Shown here: positions 10,395 to 20,436 of the stretch, one piece after another
Layout of the letters: each line of letters starts with the position of its first letter
Numbering within the stretch: the first letter of the stretch is position 1
Notes under the pieces: model-generated
Database searches by the model: none
The model's input: only the letters and a program-made list of their open reading frames with translations
Told to the model about the DNA's origin: nothing
Source of the DNA: Pseudomonadota bacterium
Lineage (GTDB): Bacteria > Myxococcota_A > UBA796 > UBA9615
NCBI GenBank assembly: GCA_024229515.1
Contig: JAAESI010000010.1
Coordinates: forward strand, 1 to 64,000
Reading direction: 5' to 3'
Length of the DNA stretch: 64,000 bases
Program-made: the position numbers and the translations under genes

Positions 10395-11942
10395 CTACTT
10401 TCGGAACATCTTGAGCATCCGCTGGGTCACGAAGAACCCACCGAACACGTTGACGGAAGCGACGAGGATGGCGAGCCCGCCGAGGATGGCGGCGGCGCCG
10501 ATGTCCCCGGTGCCGGCCTGCAGGATGCCGCCCACGATGATGATCCCCGAGATGGCGTTGGTCACCGCCATCAGCGGGGTATGCAGCGCCGGGGTGACCG
10601 ACCAGACGACCTGCCAGCCGACGAACACCGCCAGCACGAAGACCGTGAAGTGCTGCAGCAGCTCCGTGGGAGCGTGCAGCCCGAGGGCCGCGAGCAGCGC
10701 CGCCCCGACTCCGCCGACGGCGAGCCGGCTCACGCTGGCCGAAACGGCCGGCTGCTTGGGCATCGGCGGGTCCGCGGGGACCTCCACCGGAGGCGTCGCT
10801 GACGGTTTGGCCACCGCCGTCACCTTCGGCGGGGGTGGGGGCCACATGAGCTCCCCATCCTCCAGCACGAGGGCGCCGCGGACCGCGTCGTCATCGTGGT
10901 CGATGTTGAACTCTTCGCCGCCGCCCATGTCGTCGAGCAGGTGGCAGATGTTGGAGCCGAAGAACTGGCTCGCGTGGGTCGCCAGCCGGGAGGTCAGGTC
11001 CGTGTAGCCGATGACCGTGACGCCGTTGTAGTCGACGGTCTTGTCCGCGATGGTGGCCTCGCAGTTGCCGCCCGCCTCGGCCGCGAGGTCGACGACCACG
11101 GAGCCGGGCTTCATGACGTCCAGCATCTCGTGCGTGATGAGCAGCGGCGCCTTCTTGCCCGGAATCAGCGCGGTGGTGACGATGATGTCGACCTCTTCGC
11201 ACTGCTCCTTGAAGAGCGCCATCTCGGCCTCGATGAAGGCCGGGCTCATGACCTTGGAGTAACCCGCGGCGGTCTCGCCATCCTCTTCGATCTCGACCTC
11301 GAGGAACCTGGCCCCGAGGCTGCGGACCTGCTCGCCGGCCGAGGACCGGGTGTCGAACGCGCGAACCTCAGCGCCGAGGCCGCGTGCGGCGGCGACGGAG
11401 CTCAGCCCCGCGACGCCCGCGCCGATGACCAACACCTGCGCCGGCCGGGTGCGGCCCGCGGCGGTGATCTGGCCTCCGAAGAAGCTGCCGAAGTGGTGCG
11501 ACGCCTCGATGATGGCGCGGTAGCCGGCGATGTTCGCCATCGACGACAGCACGTCCATCTTCTGCGCCCGCGAGATGCGGGGGATGGAGTCCAGCGCGAT
11601 GATCGTCGCCTTGCGCTCGGCGAGCTTGTCGACGAGTTCCTTGTTCTGCCCCGGGAACAGCAGCGAGATGATCCGCTGCCCTTCCGGCATGGTGGCGATC
11701 TCGTCGTCGGACGGCGGTCGGACCTTGATGACCATGTCCGTGCCGGTCCAGACCGACTCGGCGTCATCGACAATGGTCGCGCCCGCGCCCACGTACATGT
11801 CGTCCAGCAGCCGCGCGCCATCACCGGCGCCGGCCTGCACATAGACGTCGAAGCCGAGCTTGCGCAGCTTCGTGACGGTCTCGGGAGTCGCGGCGACGCG
11901 CTTCTCACCCGACCAGGTCTCCTTGGGGACACCCAGTTTCAT
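10395..11942 (-). CDS. pntA: NAD(P) transhydrogenase subunit alpha (dI plus membrane dII part)
   Basis: [24 protein letters not shown]-terminus, Rossmann [21 protein letters not shown]-terminal TM helices; located upstream of pntB. Confidence 0.85.
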   Translation of the reverse strand: MKLGVPKETWSGEKRVAATPETVTKLRKLGFDVYVQAGAGDGARLLDDMYVGAGATIVDDAESVWTGTDMVIKVRPPSDDEIATMPEGQRIISLLFPGQNKELVDKLAERKATIIALDSIPRISRAQKMDVLSSMANIAGYRAIIEASHHFGSFFGGQITAAGRTRPAQVLVIGAGVAGLSSVAAARGLGAEVRAFDTRSSAGEQVRSLGARFLEVEIEEDGETAAGYSKVMSPAFIEAEMALFKEQCEEVDIIVTTALIPGKKAPLLITHEMLDVMKPGSVVVDLAAEAGGNCEATIADKTVDYNGVTVIGYTDLTSRLATHASQFFGSNICHLLDDMGGGEEFNIDHDDDAVRGALVLEDGELMWPPPPPKVTAVAKPSATPPVEVPADPPMPKQPAVSASVSRLAVGGVGAALLAALGLHAPTELLQHFTVFVLAVFVGWQVVWSVTPALHTPLMAVTNAISGIIIVGGILQAGTGDIGAAAILGGLAILVASVNVFGGFFVTQRMLKMFRK

Positions 11943-12168
11943 CGTCTTCCTCCTGGATTTGCAGGGCTCGGACGATACCGGAGGAGCCGTGGGCTCGCAG
12001 CGTTGGTGGACCACTCCGGGTGAATGCAGCCTCCACCGCTCGGCTCTGGGGTCCTGTCTGTTGCGGAGATCACCCGTCCCGCGGCGTGCCTGGACCCCCG
12101 AGAAGGGTCGGTCCGGGGCGTTCCGTCAGGGCTTCGGAGGGCCTCCGACAAGGACATCCCCCACCACG

Positions 12169-12244
12169 GGGTGCGTAGCTCAGTCTGGCAGAGCACACGA
12201 CTCGTAATCGTGACGTCACGGGTTCGACTCCCGTCGCACAACCA
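12169..12244 (+). tRNA. tRNA-Thr (anticodon CGT)
   Basis: D-arm GCTCAGTCTGGCAGAGC, anticodon stem CACGA/TCGTG with loop CTCGTAA, T-arm ACGGG-TTCGACT-CCCGT. The acceptor stem GGGTGCG/CGCACAA has two terminal G-A mismatches. Confidence 0.55.
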
Positions 12245-12481
12245 ATGGCCTGAAAGCCATTCCACTGATGAGCCCGAGGGGGGCGGCGCGTGCGCATCGG
12301 TCGCACACGGGGATGCAGCCCGCGGTGCTGGATCCCGCCGATCCCCGAGGATCTCGTTGCGGCGAGGGGGGGACGGAGGACCGGCGGCACCGGCACCCCG
12401 CTGGCGGACCCGTGACCGGAACGACCGCGTCGTCTTCCGACGGCTGTGGGGAAGCATCGATTGTTCGAGAGGGAGAGAACC

Positions 12482-13591
12482 ATGCTGTACGAGACCATCA
12501 CCATCCGAAGCTTCGAGCGGGGCCTGCGCTTCGTGCGCGGCGAGTTCACCGACGTGCTCGCGCCGGGCCGAACCCGCCTCTGGGCGTGGCAGCGCCTGTG
12601 GCGCAAGGTCCGCGTCCAGGTCGTGGACCTGCGAGCCAACTACCTCGTCGACCCGCAGCTGGACGTCATCGCCCGCAGCGGAGCCCTCGCGGACATCGCC
12701 GAGGTCGTCGATCTGGGCGACCGCGAGCGCGCGTTCGTCACCATCGACGGGCGCCTCGACCGGGTCCTGACCCCGGGGCTGACCGTCGTCTGGACCGCGT
12801 TCGGCGACGTGCGCCTGGAGCGGATCACCGTCGACGAGGTCCGCCTCGATCGCTCGGATCTGTCGGCGGTGCTCGCGACCTACAGCGGGTCGCAGGCGGT
12901 CGAGCAGCTGCTGGTGCCGACCCGCCACGTGGGCCTGGTGTACCGCGATGGAGAGCTCGTCGAGCAGCTCCGTCCGGGACGCTACGGCTTCTGGAAGGAC
13001 GTCGCGCGGATGACCCTGCTGACCCTCGATCTGCGGGAGACCCTGCTGGAGGTCGTGGGCCAGGAGCTGATGACCAAGGACCGGGTCACCCTCCGCGTCA
13101 ACGCCACCCTGACCTACCGCGTCGCGGACGTGGTTCGGCTGGCGGCCGTCGCGGACTGGAGCCAGTCGCTGTACCGCGAGGCACAGCTGGCGCTCCGGGG
13201 TTCGGTCGGAACCCGCGATCTGGACGGGATCCTCGCCGACAAGGCGGGCTTCGCGGACGAGCTCGCGGGAGCGGTCCGGGCCCGGGCCGGGGAACTGGGC
13301 ATCCAGCTCATCTCACTGGGCGTCCGGGACGTCATCCTGCCGGGTGACATGAAGGAGCTGCTGAACAAGGTCACCGAGGCCCGCAAGGCGGCCGAGGCGG
13401 CGGTCATCACCCGTCGGGAGGAGACCGCTGCGATGCGAAGCCAGGCAAACACCGCCCGGCTGCTGGCCGACAACCCGACGCTCATGCGCATGCGTGAGCT
13501 GGAGGTGCTCGAGCGGGTCGCGCGCGACAGTGATCTCACCGTCGTGCTCGGCGAGAAGGGGCTGAGCGATCAGGTCCTGAAGCTGCTCTAG
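12482..13591 (+). CDS. SPFH/band-7 (stomatin/prohibitin-like) domain protein
   Basis: Band-7 core (VTKDRVTLRVNATLTYRV...) followed by coiled-coil C-terminus; RBS ggagag upstream of ATG 12482. Confidence 0.7.
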   Translation: MLYETITIRSFERGLRFVRGEFTDVLAPGRTRLWAWQRLWRKVRVQVVDLRANYLVDPQLDVIARSGALADIAEVVDLGDRERAFVTIDGRLDRVLTPGLTVVWTAFGDVRLERITVDEVRLDRSDLSAVLATYSGSQAVEQLLVPTRHVGLVYRDGELVEQLRPGRYGFWKDVARMTLLTLDLRETLLEVVGQELMTKDRVTLRVNATLTYRVADVVRLAAVADWSQSLYREAQLALRGSVGTRDLDGILADKAGFADELAGAVRARAGELGIQLISLGVRDVILPGDMKELLNKVTEARKAAEAAVITRREETAAMRSQANTARLLADNPTLMRMRELEVLERVARDSDLTVVLGEKGLSDQVLKLL

Positions 13592-13595
13592 AACG

Positions 13596-13633
13596 ACGAA
13601 GGCCCGGAAGGAGCGATCCTTCCGGGCCTTCGT
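13596..13633. terminator. Rho-independent-type hairpin between convergent genes
   Basis: Perfect inverted repeat acgaaggcccggaagg-agcgat-ccttccgggccttcgt directly after the SPFH stop and after the stop of the convergent 13652-14191 gene. Confidence 0.6.
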
Positions 13634-13651
13634 ACGTTCTGGCCTTCACAG

Positions 13652-14191
13652 CTAGACCTTCTTGCGCCACTTCTTGGCGAGCTTCTCCGCCGCCCTGGCG
13701 TTCTTCTTGTCCGCCGCGCCGGCGATGGTGTCGAGGCGGCCGATGGTGCCGGCGGTGCCCAGGCCTCGGCCGAGCTTGCTCTCGAAGCCCTGAATCAAGT
13801 AGTCCAACGTGTCGGCGTTGCCGCCGGCCATCACCGAGGCGACGACCTCGTCGATGCCGTCACCGTCCAGCGCACCGAGGCCGCGGGCGGCGAGGTTGGC
13901 GGCGTCCTGGTCGTCCCCCGACAGGCCGAGCATGGGCACGAGGGTGGGAGCCCAGCCCTGCTGGTTCGGCTGGCCCTCGATGTACAGCCGCTGGATGTAC
14001 TTGGCGACACGCATGCGCTGCTCGACGTCGGCCTTCTCGACGATGGCCGCGATGGCGTCCATGTGACGCTGCTGGCCGCCCAAGATGAGCGCGTGGGCGG
14101 CGTCGGCCAGGTCGGCGGACTCCATGCCCGCGGCGCCCGCCTGGATGTGGGCCACGAGGGCCAGAGTCAGGGCGATGTACGTCAGTCGCAT
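13652..14191 (-). CDS. Hypothetical secreted protein
   Basis: Signal peptide MRLTYIALTLALVAHIQA; GGAGG RBS 7 nt upstream; no known domain. Confidence 0.5.
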   Translation of the reverse strand: MRLTYIALTLALVAHIQAGAAGMESADLADAAHALILGGQQRHMDAIAAIVEKADVEQRMRVAKYIQRLYIEGQPNQQGWAPTLVPMLGLSGDDQDAANLAARGLGALDGDGIDEVVASVMAGGNADTLDYLIQGFESKLGRGLGTAGTIGRLDTIAGAADKKNARAAEKLAKKWRKKV

Positions 14192-14362
14192 GTTCGTTCC
14201 TCCAGAGGTTTTGCCAGTGGGCGCTTGCATCCCCTTGTTCGCAAGCGGCGTGCCGGGGTGCCACAAGTTGGTATCGCGGCGTTAAAGCCGTGGGATCTCA
14301 ATCAGTTGAGGACCAAGCCAGGCGCTTCCTCGGGTCAGCCTCACCCGATCAGGATCGAGCGC

Positions 14363-16171
14363 TCAGCAGCAATGGCCGCCGTGCCCGCAACCATGCCCGT
14401 GCCCGTCCTCATCCTCGTGCTCATGGTCGTGGTCGTGGTCGTGGTCGTGGTCCAGCCCCTGGGCCAGGACCTGCCCAAAGAAGCCACGCGGCCCCTGGCG
14501 GCCCAGCGACAGGGCGCACACCACCACCAGGAGGGCCAGCGCGACGTAGTGCAGTTGGCTGTGCTCGTGGCCCCCCACGGAGAACGCGCCGCCCCCGATG
14601 TCGGGGAAGAAGCCGTTGACGGCCAGGCCGGCCGTGACGCAGGCGCCGAGCATCGCGGCCCCGAAGGCGACGGCGACGCTCCGGCCGTGCAGCGCGCTGA
14701 GCACGCCGAAAGTGGTCACGTTGGTCGCCGGTCCGCTGAGCAGCAGTGCGATCCCGGCGCCCGGCGAGATCCCGCCCGCCACCAGCACCGCCACCAGGGG
14801 CGTGGCCCCGGAAGCACAGACGTACAGGGGCATGCCGATCACCGCGAAGACGAGCACCTCCCAGCCGTCCCCGAGCTGCTGAAGCCAGCCCGCGTCCAGC
14901 ACCGGCTGCATCGCCGCGGCGACCACGAGTCCGGCGAGGATCCACGGTGCGGTCTCGTCCACGACCTCGCCGTAGCCGGTGCGGAACGCCTGCCGGACCC
15001 GCTCCCCGAAGCTCGCCGGGGAGGACTCCGCCAGAGGGTCCTTCACGTGCCCCGGAACCTCCGGGAGCCCGCGTGAAGCGGCCCACTTGCCGACGATCGC
15101 GCCGACGGCGAGGGCGACCGCGGCGGCGGCGACGACCCGGGCCAGCGTCATCGACGGACCCAGCAGCGGGACGGACAGCAGGACCGCGTCCAGCCCCAGT
15201 TCGGGGGTGGCCACGAGGAACGCCATCGCCGCCGCGGGGGGCGCCCCCTGGACCACGAGGCTCCGGTAGACCGGGACCACCCCGCAAGAACAGATCGGCA
15301 GCGGGAGACCGAAGGCGACGCCGCGCCCGGCCTGGGACAGCGAGCCGCCGCGCCCCATCCAGCCGACCGTCGCCTTGGGGAGGAACGCTTGCACCGCCCC
15401 CGCCGCCGCGTACGCGAACAGCAGCGCCGGCGCGCTCTCCAGGGACAGCTCCAGCAAGCGGCCCCAGAAGGCGGCGTCGTCGTCGCCACGCTGGCGGTGC
15501 AGGAACAGGAGCAGCAGCGCCCCCATCGCGGCCCCGATGGCAGCGTCGGCGCGGCCGAAGCGGGGCCCCTCCCCCTCCGCCACGGGGTGCGGCCGGTGCA
15601 GGACGACGTGAAGCAGCGAGCCGGCCACCAGCGCGTACACGAGCCCCATCGCGGGGGCCTCCAGCGCGCCCGCGGCGGCGCCTCCGAGGAAGAAGCCAGC
15701 CACGGTCGCCACCGCGATCGCCCCCAGGGCGCCGGCGGCCGCGCGGGTCCCTCGGGTCGGCTGGATCAACCACCACAGGGTCAACCCCACGGGGAGCCGG
15801 TGCAGGACCACCGCGAGGCCCAACTCGGCGTGGTGCTCGGCCTCACCGGTCAGCGCCATGCCGTCGAAGAGGCCGTGGAGGCTGAGGGCGACCACGGCCA
15901 GCAGCAGCGCCGCCTCGTGCGCCTGACGCGCCGACTGCTCCAGCCGCTTCTCGATGGTCGAAGGTCCGACGAGTCCGATCGCCGCCGCCACGAGGGCGGC
16001 CCATCCGCTCGTCGCCACGACCTCGGGGAGCACGTGCAGCAGCACGAGGCCGCCGATGGCGACGTACACAAACCCGTCCAGGAGGCGCAGCGCCCAGGGC
16101 GAGCCGCTGGCCAACTTCAGAAGCGGGGGCCCGAACAGGAGTGCGGCGAGGCTGGCGATCAGCAGCGTCAT
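14363..16171 (-). CDS. ArsP/YraQ (UPF0718)-family permease with ZIP-like N-terminal extension and His/Asp-rich C-terminal tail
   Basis: LPLPICSCGVVP motif typical of ArsP/YraQ permeases. N-terminal HVLPEV...HHAELGLAVVLHRLPVGL resembles ZIP/ZupT motifs. C-terminus HDHDHDHDHEHEDEDGHGHGCGHGGHCC. Confidence 0.6.
   Translation of the reverse strand: MTLLIASLAALLFGPPLLKLASGSPWALRLLDGFVYVAIGGLVLLHVLPEVVATSGWAALVAAAIGLVGPSTIEKRLEQSARQAHEAALLLAVVALSLHGLFDGMALTGEAEHHAELGLAVVLHRLPVGLTLWWLIQPTRGTRAAAGALGAIAVATVAGFFLGGAAAGALEAPAMGLVYALVAGSLLHVVLHRPHPVAEGEGPRFGRADAAIGAAMGALLLLFLHRQRGDDDAAFWGRLLELSLESAPALLFAYAAAGAVQAFLPKATVGWMGRGGSLSQAGRGVAFGLPLPICSCGVVPVYRSLVVQGAPPAAAMAFLVATPELGLDAVLLSVPLLGPSMTLARVVAAAAVALAVGAIVGKWAASRGLPEVPGHVKDPLAESSPASFGERVRQAFRTGYGEVVDETAPWILAGLVVAAAMQPVLDAGWLQQLGDGWEVLVFAVIGMPLYVCASGATPLVAVLVAGGISPGAGIALLLSGPATNVTTFGVLSALHGRSVAVAFGAAMLGACVTAGLAVNGFFPDIGGGAFSVGGHEHSQLHYVALALLVVVCALSLGRQGPRGFFGQVLAQGLDHDHDHDHDHEHEDEDGHGHGCGHGGHCC
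14426..14452. repeat. (GTCGTG)n hexanucleotide tandem repeat encoding (HD)n
   Basis: gtcgtggtcgtggtcgtggtcgtggtc inside the 3' end of the permease gene. Confidence 0.7.
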
Positions 16172-16214
16172 CGGCGCGCACCGTAGTGGCGGGATCCCGC
16201 CTCGTCCAGCCGGC

Positions 16215-17867
16215 TCAGCGCTCCTGGATCAAGACGCCCGGGTTCAGCATCCCCGTGGGGTCGAGCTGGTCCTTCATCGCCCGAAGCACGTCGCCCATCG
16301 GCACGGGGCGCTGCCGCTCGTACCAGGGGCGGTGCAGTCGGCCGACCGCGTGGTGGTGCGTGATCGTCGCACCGTGCTCCATCAACACCTCGCTGGCGGT
16401 CTCCTTGATGGCGGCCCACTGGGCGATCTCGTCCCCCCGCCGGGCCGGCGCGATGAACGTGTAGTAGGGCGCCGGACCGTCGGGGTAGACGTGGGTGAAG
16501 CGGCAGGTCAGCCGACCGGCTCCGCAGACTTCCTTCATCGTCGCCCGCACCCGCTGGATGAGGGCCGCGTGGAGGGCTTCGAACCGGTCCCAGGTGATGG
16601 CGGTCTCGAAGGTGTCGGCGATGATTCCGACGCTCAGGAGCACGTCCCGGAGGTAGGGACCGCCGAAGAAGGCGTCTCGCCAGGAGCCCGCCGCGCCGCC
16701 GTCCCGGCCCCCTTCGCCGTCATCGCGATGCTGCGGACCCGCGGGGCAGGTGCCGCCGTGCGCCTCCGCGATCGCGAGGGCGCGGACCAGCCGCTCGGCC
16801 TGGGCGTGGTCGGCTGACTCGAACCCCAGCAGCAGCACCGTGGAGCCGTCCGTGGTGACCTGGTTCAGCATCGCCTCCCGGGCGTCCAGCACGCGGCAGT
16901 TGGCGGGATCGAGGCCCGACTGCGCGATGAGGCGCGTCGCCTCCACGGCGTCCCCGAAGGCGGCGAACCGCACGTCCGCCTTGCTGCGGAAGCGGGGCTT
17001 TCGCTGGACCTTCATCCACGCCTCCGTCACCACCCCGAGGATGCCCTCGCTCCCCAGCACCATCCGGTCGGGGCTCGGGCCCGCGCCGGACCCGGGCAGG
17101 CGGCGGCTGGCCCACGCGCCCGCGGGGGTGACCATGCGCAAGGACTCCACGAGGTCGTCGATGTGGGTGCGCACGGTGGCGTAGTGCCCGCCCGCGCGGG
17201 TGACGATCATCCCGCCGAGGGTGGCGAACTCCCACGACTGCGGGAAGCACCGCAGGGTCAGCCCGTGAGCGGCCAACTGCTCGTTGATCCAGGGGCCGGT
17301 GGCGCCCGCTTGAAGCCGGGCCGCGAGCGAGTGCTCATCGACCTCCAGCAGCGCGTCCATGCGGCGCATGTCCAGGCTCACGGTGCCCGCCCAGGCGGGG
17401 CCCACGTCCGGCTCGGTGCCGCTGACGACGCTGGTGCCCCCTCCGAAGGGGATGCACGCGATCCCAGCCTCGGCGCACCACTGCAGCACCGCGACGACGT
17501 CGTGCTCGGTGCGCGGGTGGGCGACCACGTCCGGCGCGACCGCGTAGTCCCCGCGGAACCCCCGGATCAGATCCGGCCAGCTCTTGCCGTACGTGTGCAG
17601 CGCCCGCTCGCGCCGGTCGGTGGTGCAGATCGCCGCCACGTTGTCCGGGGGCACGATCCGCGGGGCCGGCATGGCCGCCTGGTCCAGGGGCACCGGCTCC
17701 TCGACCTCCTGGCCCGGGAACCCGAGCATCGACGAGGCCATCTCGGCCATCGGCGTGCGGGCCTCCCGATCGGGGAACTTGTCCGCCCAGCCCCACCCCC
17801 ACGTCGAGCGTGCTCGGGGGGCCAACGCCCCGGAATCGTTCGGGTCGGCAGGATTCCGGTCGATCAT
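16215..17867 (-). CDS. FAD-linked oxidase (alkyl-DHAP synthase / D-lactate dehydrogenase-like)
   Basis: N-terminal WGWGW motif, FAD-binding PCMH domain (IPFGGGTSVVSG), C-terminal ...HHAVGRLHRPW oxidase domain. Start chosen at MIDRN (ATG 17867); the longer ORF to 18107 overlaps prsW. Confidence 0.7.
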   Translation of the reverse strand: MIDRNPADPNDSGALAPRARSTWGWGWADKFPDREARTPMAEMASSMLGFPGQEVEEPVPLDQAAMPAPRIVPPDNVAAICTTDRRERALHTYGKSWPDLIRGFRGDYAVAPDVVAHPRTEHDVVAVLQWCAEAGIACIPFGGGTSVVSGTEPDVGPAWAGTVSLDMRRMDALLEVDEHSLAARLQAGATGPWINEQLAAHGLTLRCFPQSWEFATLGGMIVTRAGGHYATVRTHIDDLVESLRMVTPAGAWASRRLPGSGAGPSPDRMVLGSEGILGVVTEAWMKVQRKPRFRSKADVRFAAFGDAVEATRLIAQSGLDPANCRVLDAREAMLNQVTTDGSTVLLLGFESADHAQAERLVRALAIAEAHGGTCPAGPQHRDDGEGGRDGGAAGSWRDAFFGGPYLRDVLLSVGIIADTFETAITWDRFEALHAALIQRVRATMKEVCGAGRLTCRFTHVYPDGPAPYYTFIAPARRGDEIAQWAAIKETASEVLMEHGATITHHHAVGRLHRPWYERQRPVPMGDVLRAMKDQLDPTGMLNPGVLIQER

Positions 17868-17885
17868 GCCGGCACAATACAGACA

Positions 17886-18917
17886 GTGCTGGTCTGGCTC
17901 TCCGTCCCCGCCGCCGTCCTCCCCATCGTCGCCTTCCTGTGGCTCGTGTGGTGGCTCGATCGCTACGACCGCGAACCCCTGGGGCTCTTCGCGGTCGCCT
18001 TCGGGTGGGGCGCCATCGGCGGAATCCTGCTGACCCTGCTGGGCTCGGACGCCTTCGCCCAGCCGGTGGCGGAGACCCTCGGGATCACGGACCCGCACCT
18101 GGTGCACATGGTCATCCTCGCGCCGATTCTGGAGGAGCCCGCCAAGGCGCTGGTGCTGCTGCTGCTGGTCCGCGCCCGCCAGTTCGACAACACCACGGAC
18201 GGCTTCGTCTACGGCGCGGCTACCGGGCTCGGCTTCGGCATGACCGAGAACCTGATGTACTTCCGCGCCGCCGCCGACACCGGGGACGCGGTGGCGTTCG
18301 CCGCGCTGGTGGCGGCCCGCACGCTGTACTCAGCCCTGATGCACGCCTCCGCCTCCTCCTGCATTGGCGCCGCGCTGGGCTACAGCAAGTTCCGCAACGG
18401 CGCGGGCAAGTGGGGTGCGCTGGCAGGCGGCCTGATCGCGGCCCTGGGCATCCACGCGCTCTGGAACGGGTTGCTGTACGCGGGCTTCCAGGGCCAGACC
18501 ACCCTGGGGAAGCTCGACTTCATCCTGTTCCCCATCGAGTTCGCCGTGCTGTTCGCGATCTTCAACCTGAGCCTCCTGGACGAGAAGCGCATCATCCAGC
18601 GGGAGCTTCAGGAGGAGGTCGATCTGGGGGTGCTGCCCCCACCCCACCTGGCCTACCTGGGCGCCTACCGGCGTCGCATCCGGCCCGGCTGGCTCCCCGC
18701 GGGGATGGACGGCGCGCTGTACATCCGCCGCGCGACCACGCTGGCGTTCCGCAAGCACCAGCTCAAGGTCAACGCTGAGCCCGGCCACTACGCCGACGAG
18801 ATCACCCGGCTGCGGCGCGAGATCGTGCAGCAGCTGCAGGGGGCGGGGCTCGCTCCGGAGTGGATCCCAGCGCTGGAGGAGGCCACGGACGCGGCCCGGG
18901 AGGCCTCAGGCGTCTGA
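17886..18917 (+). CDS. PrsW-family intramembrane metalloprotease
   Basis: Polytopic; conserved EEPAK and HALWN motifs of the PrsW/YpdC family; GTG start inferred at 17886 (first in-frame ATG lies after TM1). Confidence 0.65.
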   Translation: MLVWLSVPAAVLPIVAFLWLVWWLDRYDREPLGLFAVAFGWGAIGGILLTLLGSDAFAQPVAETLGITDPHLVHMVILAPILEEPAKALVLLLLVRARQFDNTTDGFVYGAATGLGFGMTENLMYFRAAADTGDAVAFAALVAARTLYSALMHASASSCIGAALGYSKFRNGAGKWGALAGGLIAALGIHALWNGLLYAGFQGQTTLGKLDFILFPIEFAVLFAIFNLSLLDEKRIIQRELQEEVDLGVLPPPHLAYLGAYRRRIRPGWLPAGMDGALYIRRATTLAFRKHQLKVNAEPGHYADEITRLRREIVQQLQGAGLAPEWIPALEEATDAAREASGV

Positions 18918-20038
18918 GCCCTCGAGGGTCGCGAAGTCGCTGGTCGCCGCCGCCTGTCCGCCGCCCGAGTTCGCCACCCCCAGTCGGGTCGCCAGCTCGC
19001 GCGAGATCGCCATCAGGATCGACGGGTGGTGGTGGATCAGCAGCTTCAGGTCGGAGGCCTGCAGCACGAACGCCCTGGCCGGCCCCACGGCGCGCACGTC
19101 GGCGCTGCGGGGGCGTCGGTGAGGAACGCCATCTCCCCCACCACGTGCCCGGGACCGATGGTGCCGCGGATGATCTGCCCCGCCTGGTTGCGCGACTCCC
19201 AGCGCAGCCGCCCGTCGACCACGATGTAGACGTCGTTGCTCTGGTCGCCCTCCCACAGCAGCGGCTCGTCCGGCTCGAGGTGGACCCTCACGAGGCGGCG
19301 GGCGATGTCCAGGAGCACGCGCGCGGGGAGGCTGCGGAAGACCTCGTCCTTGTCGAGCAGATCCAGCCGCTGGAGCATGTCCTCGGCGGCGGGGTTGTCG
19401 GTCTCGGTGCAGACGTAGGCCCAGAGATCGCGATCCGAGGCCTGCGGCAGCGCCACCTCGAGGTTGCCGGTGAACCGGGACGCCTCGGTGATGGCCAACG
19501 GGAACAGATCGCGCATCGGGTCGGGGGCCAGCCCCGCGAGCTGGTCCAGCTTGTCGTCCTGGTTGTCGCGCCACGCCTCCAGCAGGAACGAACCCTCCCG
19601 GTCGAGCACCTCGGACCAGCGGGTCGCGTCCTCGCGGGCCCGGCCCGTGAACGACAGCAACTGCTTGCGGTAGCGCTTGTAGAAGTAGCGGGCGGCCGCG
19701 GGGGACTGCTCGGAGCAGTCCAGGAACGCCTGGTAGCAGGCGAGCACGCGCTCCCGGGTGCTCTCGGTCTCCGCCTCGAACGCGGGCAGCAGGATCGGGG
19801 AGATGCCCAGCGCGCTGCTCGCGAACTCCTCGATGTACCGCGTCTGCGACGACATCAAGTCCAGGTGCATCCACTCCAGATGGAAGTAGAAGTAGCTGAG
19901 CTGGTCCTTCATGTACTGGGCGTTGAACGAGTCGATGTCGGCGTCGCGATCCTCGAGCCCGGCCTGGACCTCCGGCGACAGCTGCCCGCCGTCGGCCAGC
20001 AGCCGCGACGGGTCCACCTTGAGCATGTCGCCCAGCAA
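18906..20038 (-). pseudogene. Cyclic-nucleotide-binding (CAP-family) domain protein interrupted by a 1-nt frameshift
   Basis: cNMP domain ...VYIVVDGRLRWESRNQAGQIIRGTIGPGHVVGEMAFLTDAP continues in another frame as RSADVRAVGPARAFVLQASDLKLLIHHHPSILMAISRELATRL; frames switch at a G5/C5 run near 19108-19113. Confidence 0.55.
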
Positions 20039-20436
20039 CTCGTAGGTCGCAGCGCCTTGAGCCGAAGCTCCGGGACCCCGGGGCTGTGGAGGTTGAGGAG
20101 CCGAGCCATCGAACCCGGGTCGTCCAGGGCCAGCCGCATCGACAGGTAGCCGCCCAGCGAGTTGCCGATCACGGGGCAGCCGCGGATTCCCAGCATCGAC
20201 TGAAACTGCCCGATCCAGGCGGCCAGCGTGCCCGGGTCGTAGGGCCCCGCGGGCATGGCCGAGGCGCCCGATCCGGGGAGGTCGGGGGCGTACAGGGTGA
20301 AGTGCTCACCCAGCGGCTCGAGCACGTACCGCCACGAATAGCTGGAGGTCATCAAGCCATGGACCAGCAGCAGCGGCGGCCCCGATCCGGCCTGCCGCCA
20401 CGCCACCTCGATGGAGCCCCACGCGGGGGTGTCCAT
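20039..20436 (-). pseudogene. Alpha/beta-hydrolase fold N-terminal fragment (frame breaks before lid/catalytic Asp-His)
   Basis: PLLLVHGLMTSSYSWRY...GNSLGG nucleophile elbow. The frame ends in nonsense after LHSPGVPELRLKALR; a +1 shift continues into the 18906-20038 ORF. Confidence 0.4.

Noticed and set aside
12169-13591. tRNA-Thr as attachment site of a genomic island
   Set aside because: No integrase or recombinase, no direct repeat of the tRNA 3' end found downstream. Adjacent genes are ordinary.
14401-14460. Short tandem repeats (GTCGTG, CACGGNTCN, 15-bp DDDDAT unit) as CRISPR or regulatory repeats
   Set aside because: All lie inside ORFs and encode HD, HGS and DDDDAT peptide repeats. 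No spacer-repeat architecture. No CRISPR array in the window.
9514-16186. Long ORFs antisense to pntA/pntB and to the permease (9514-10845, 10896-12023, 14421-15776, 14746-15885, 15389-16186)
   Set aside because: Overlap strongly conserved membrane/transhydrogenase genes; translations are poly-Arg/Gly/Pro nonsense.
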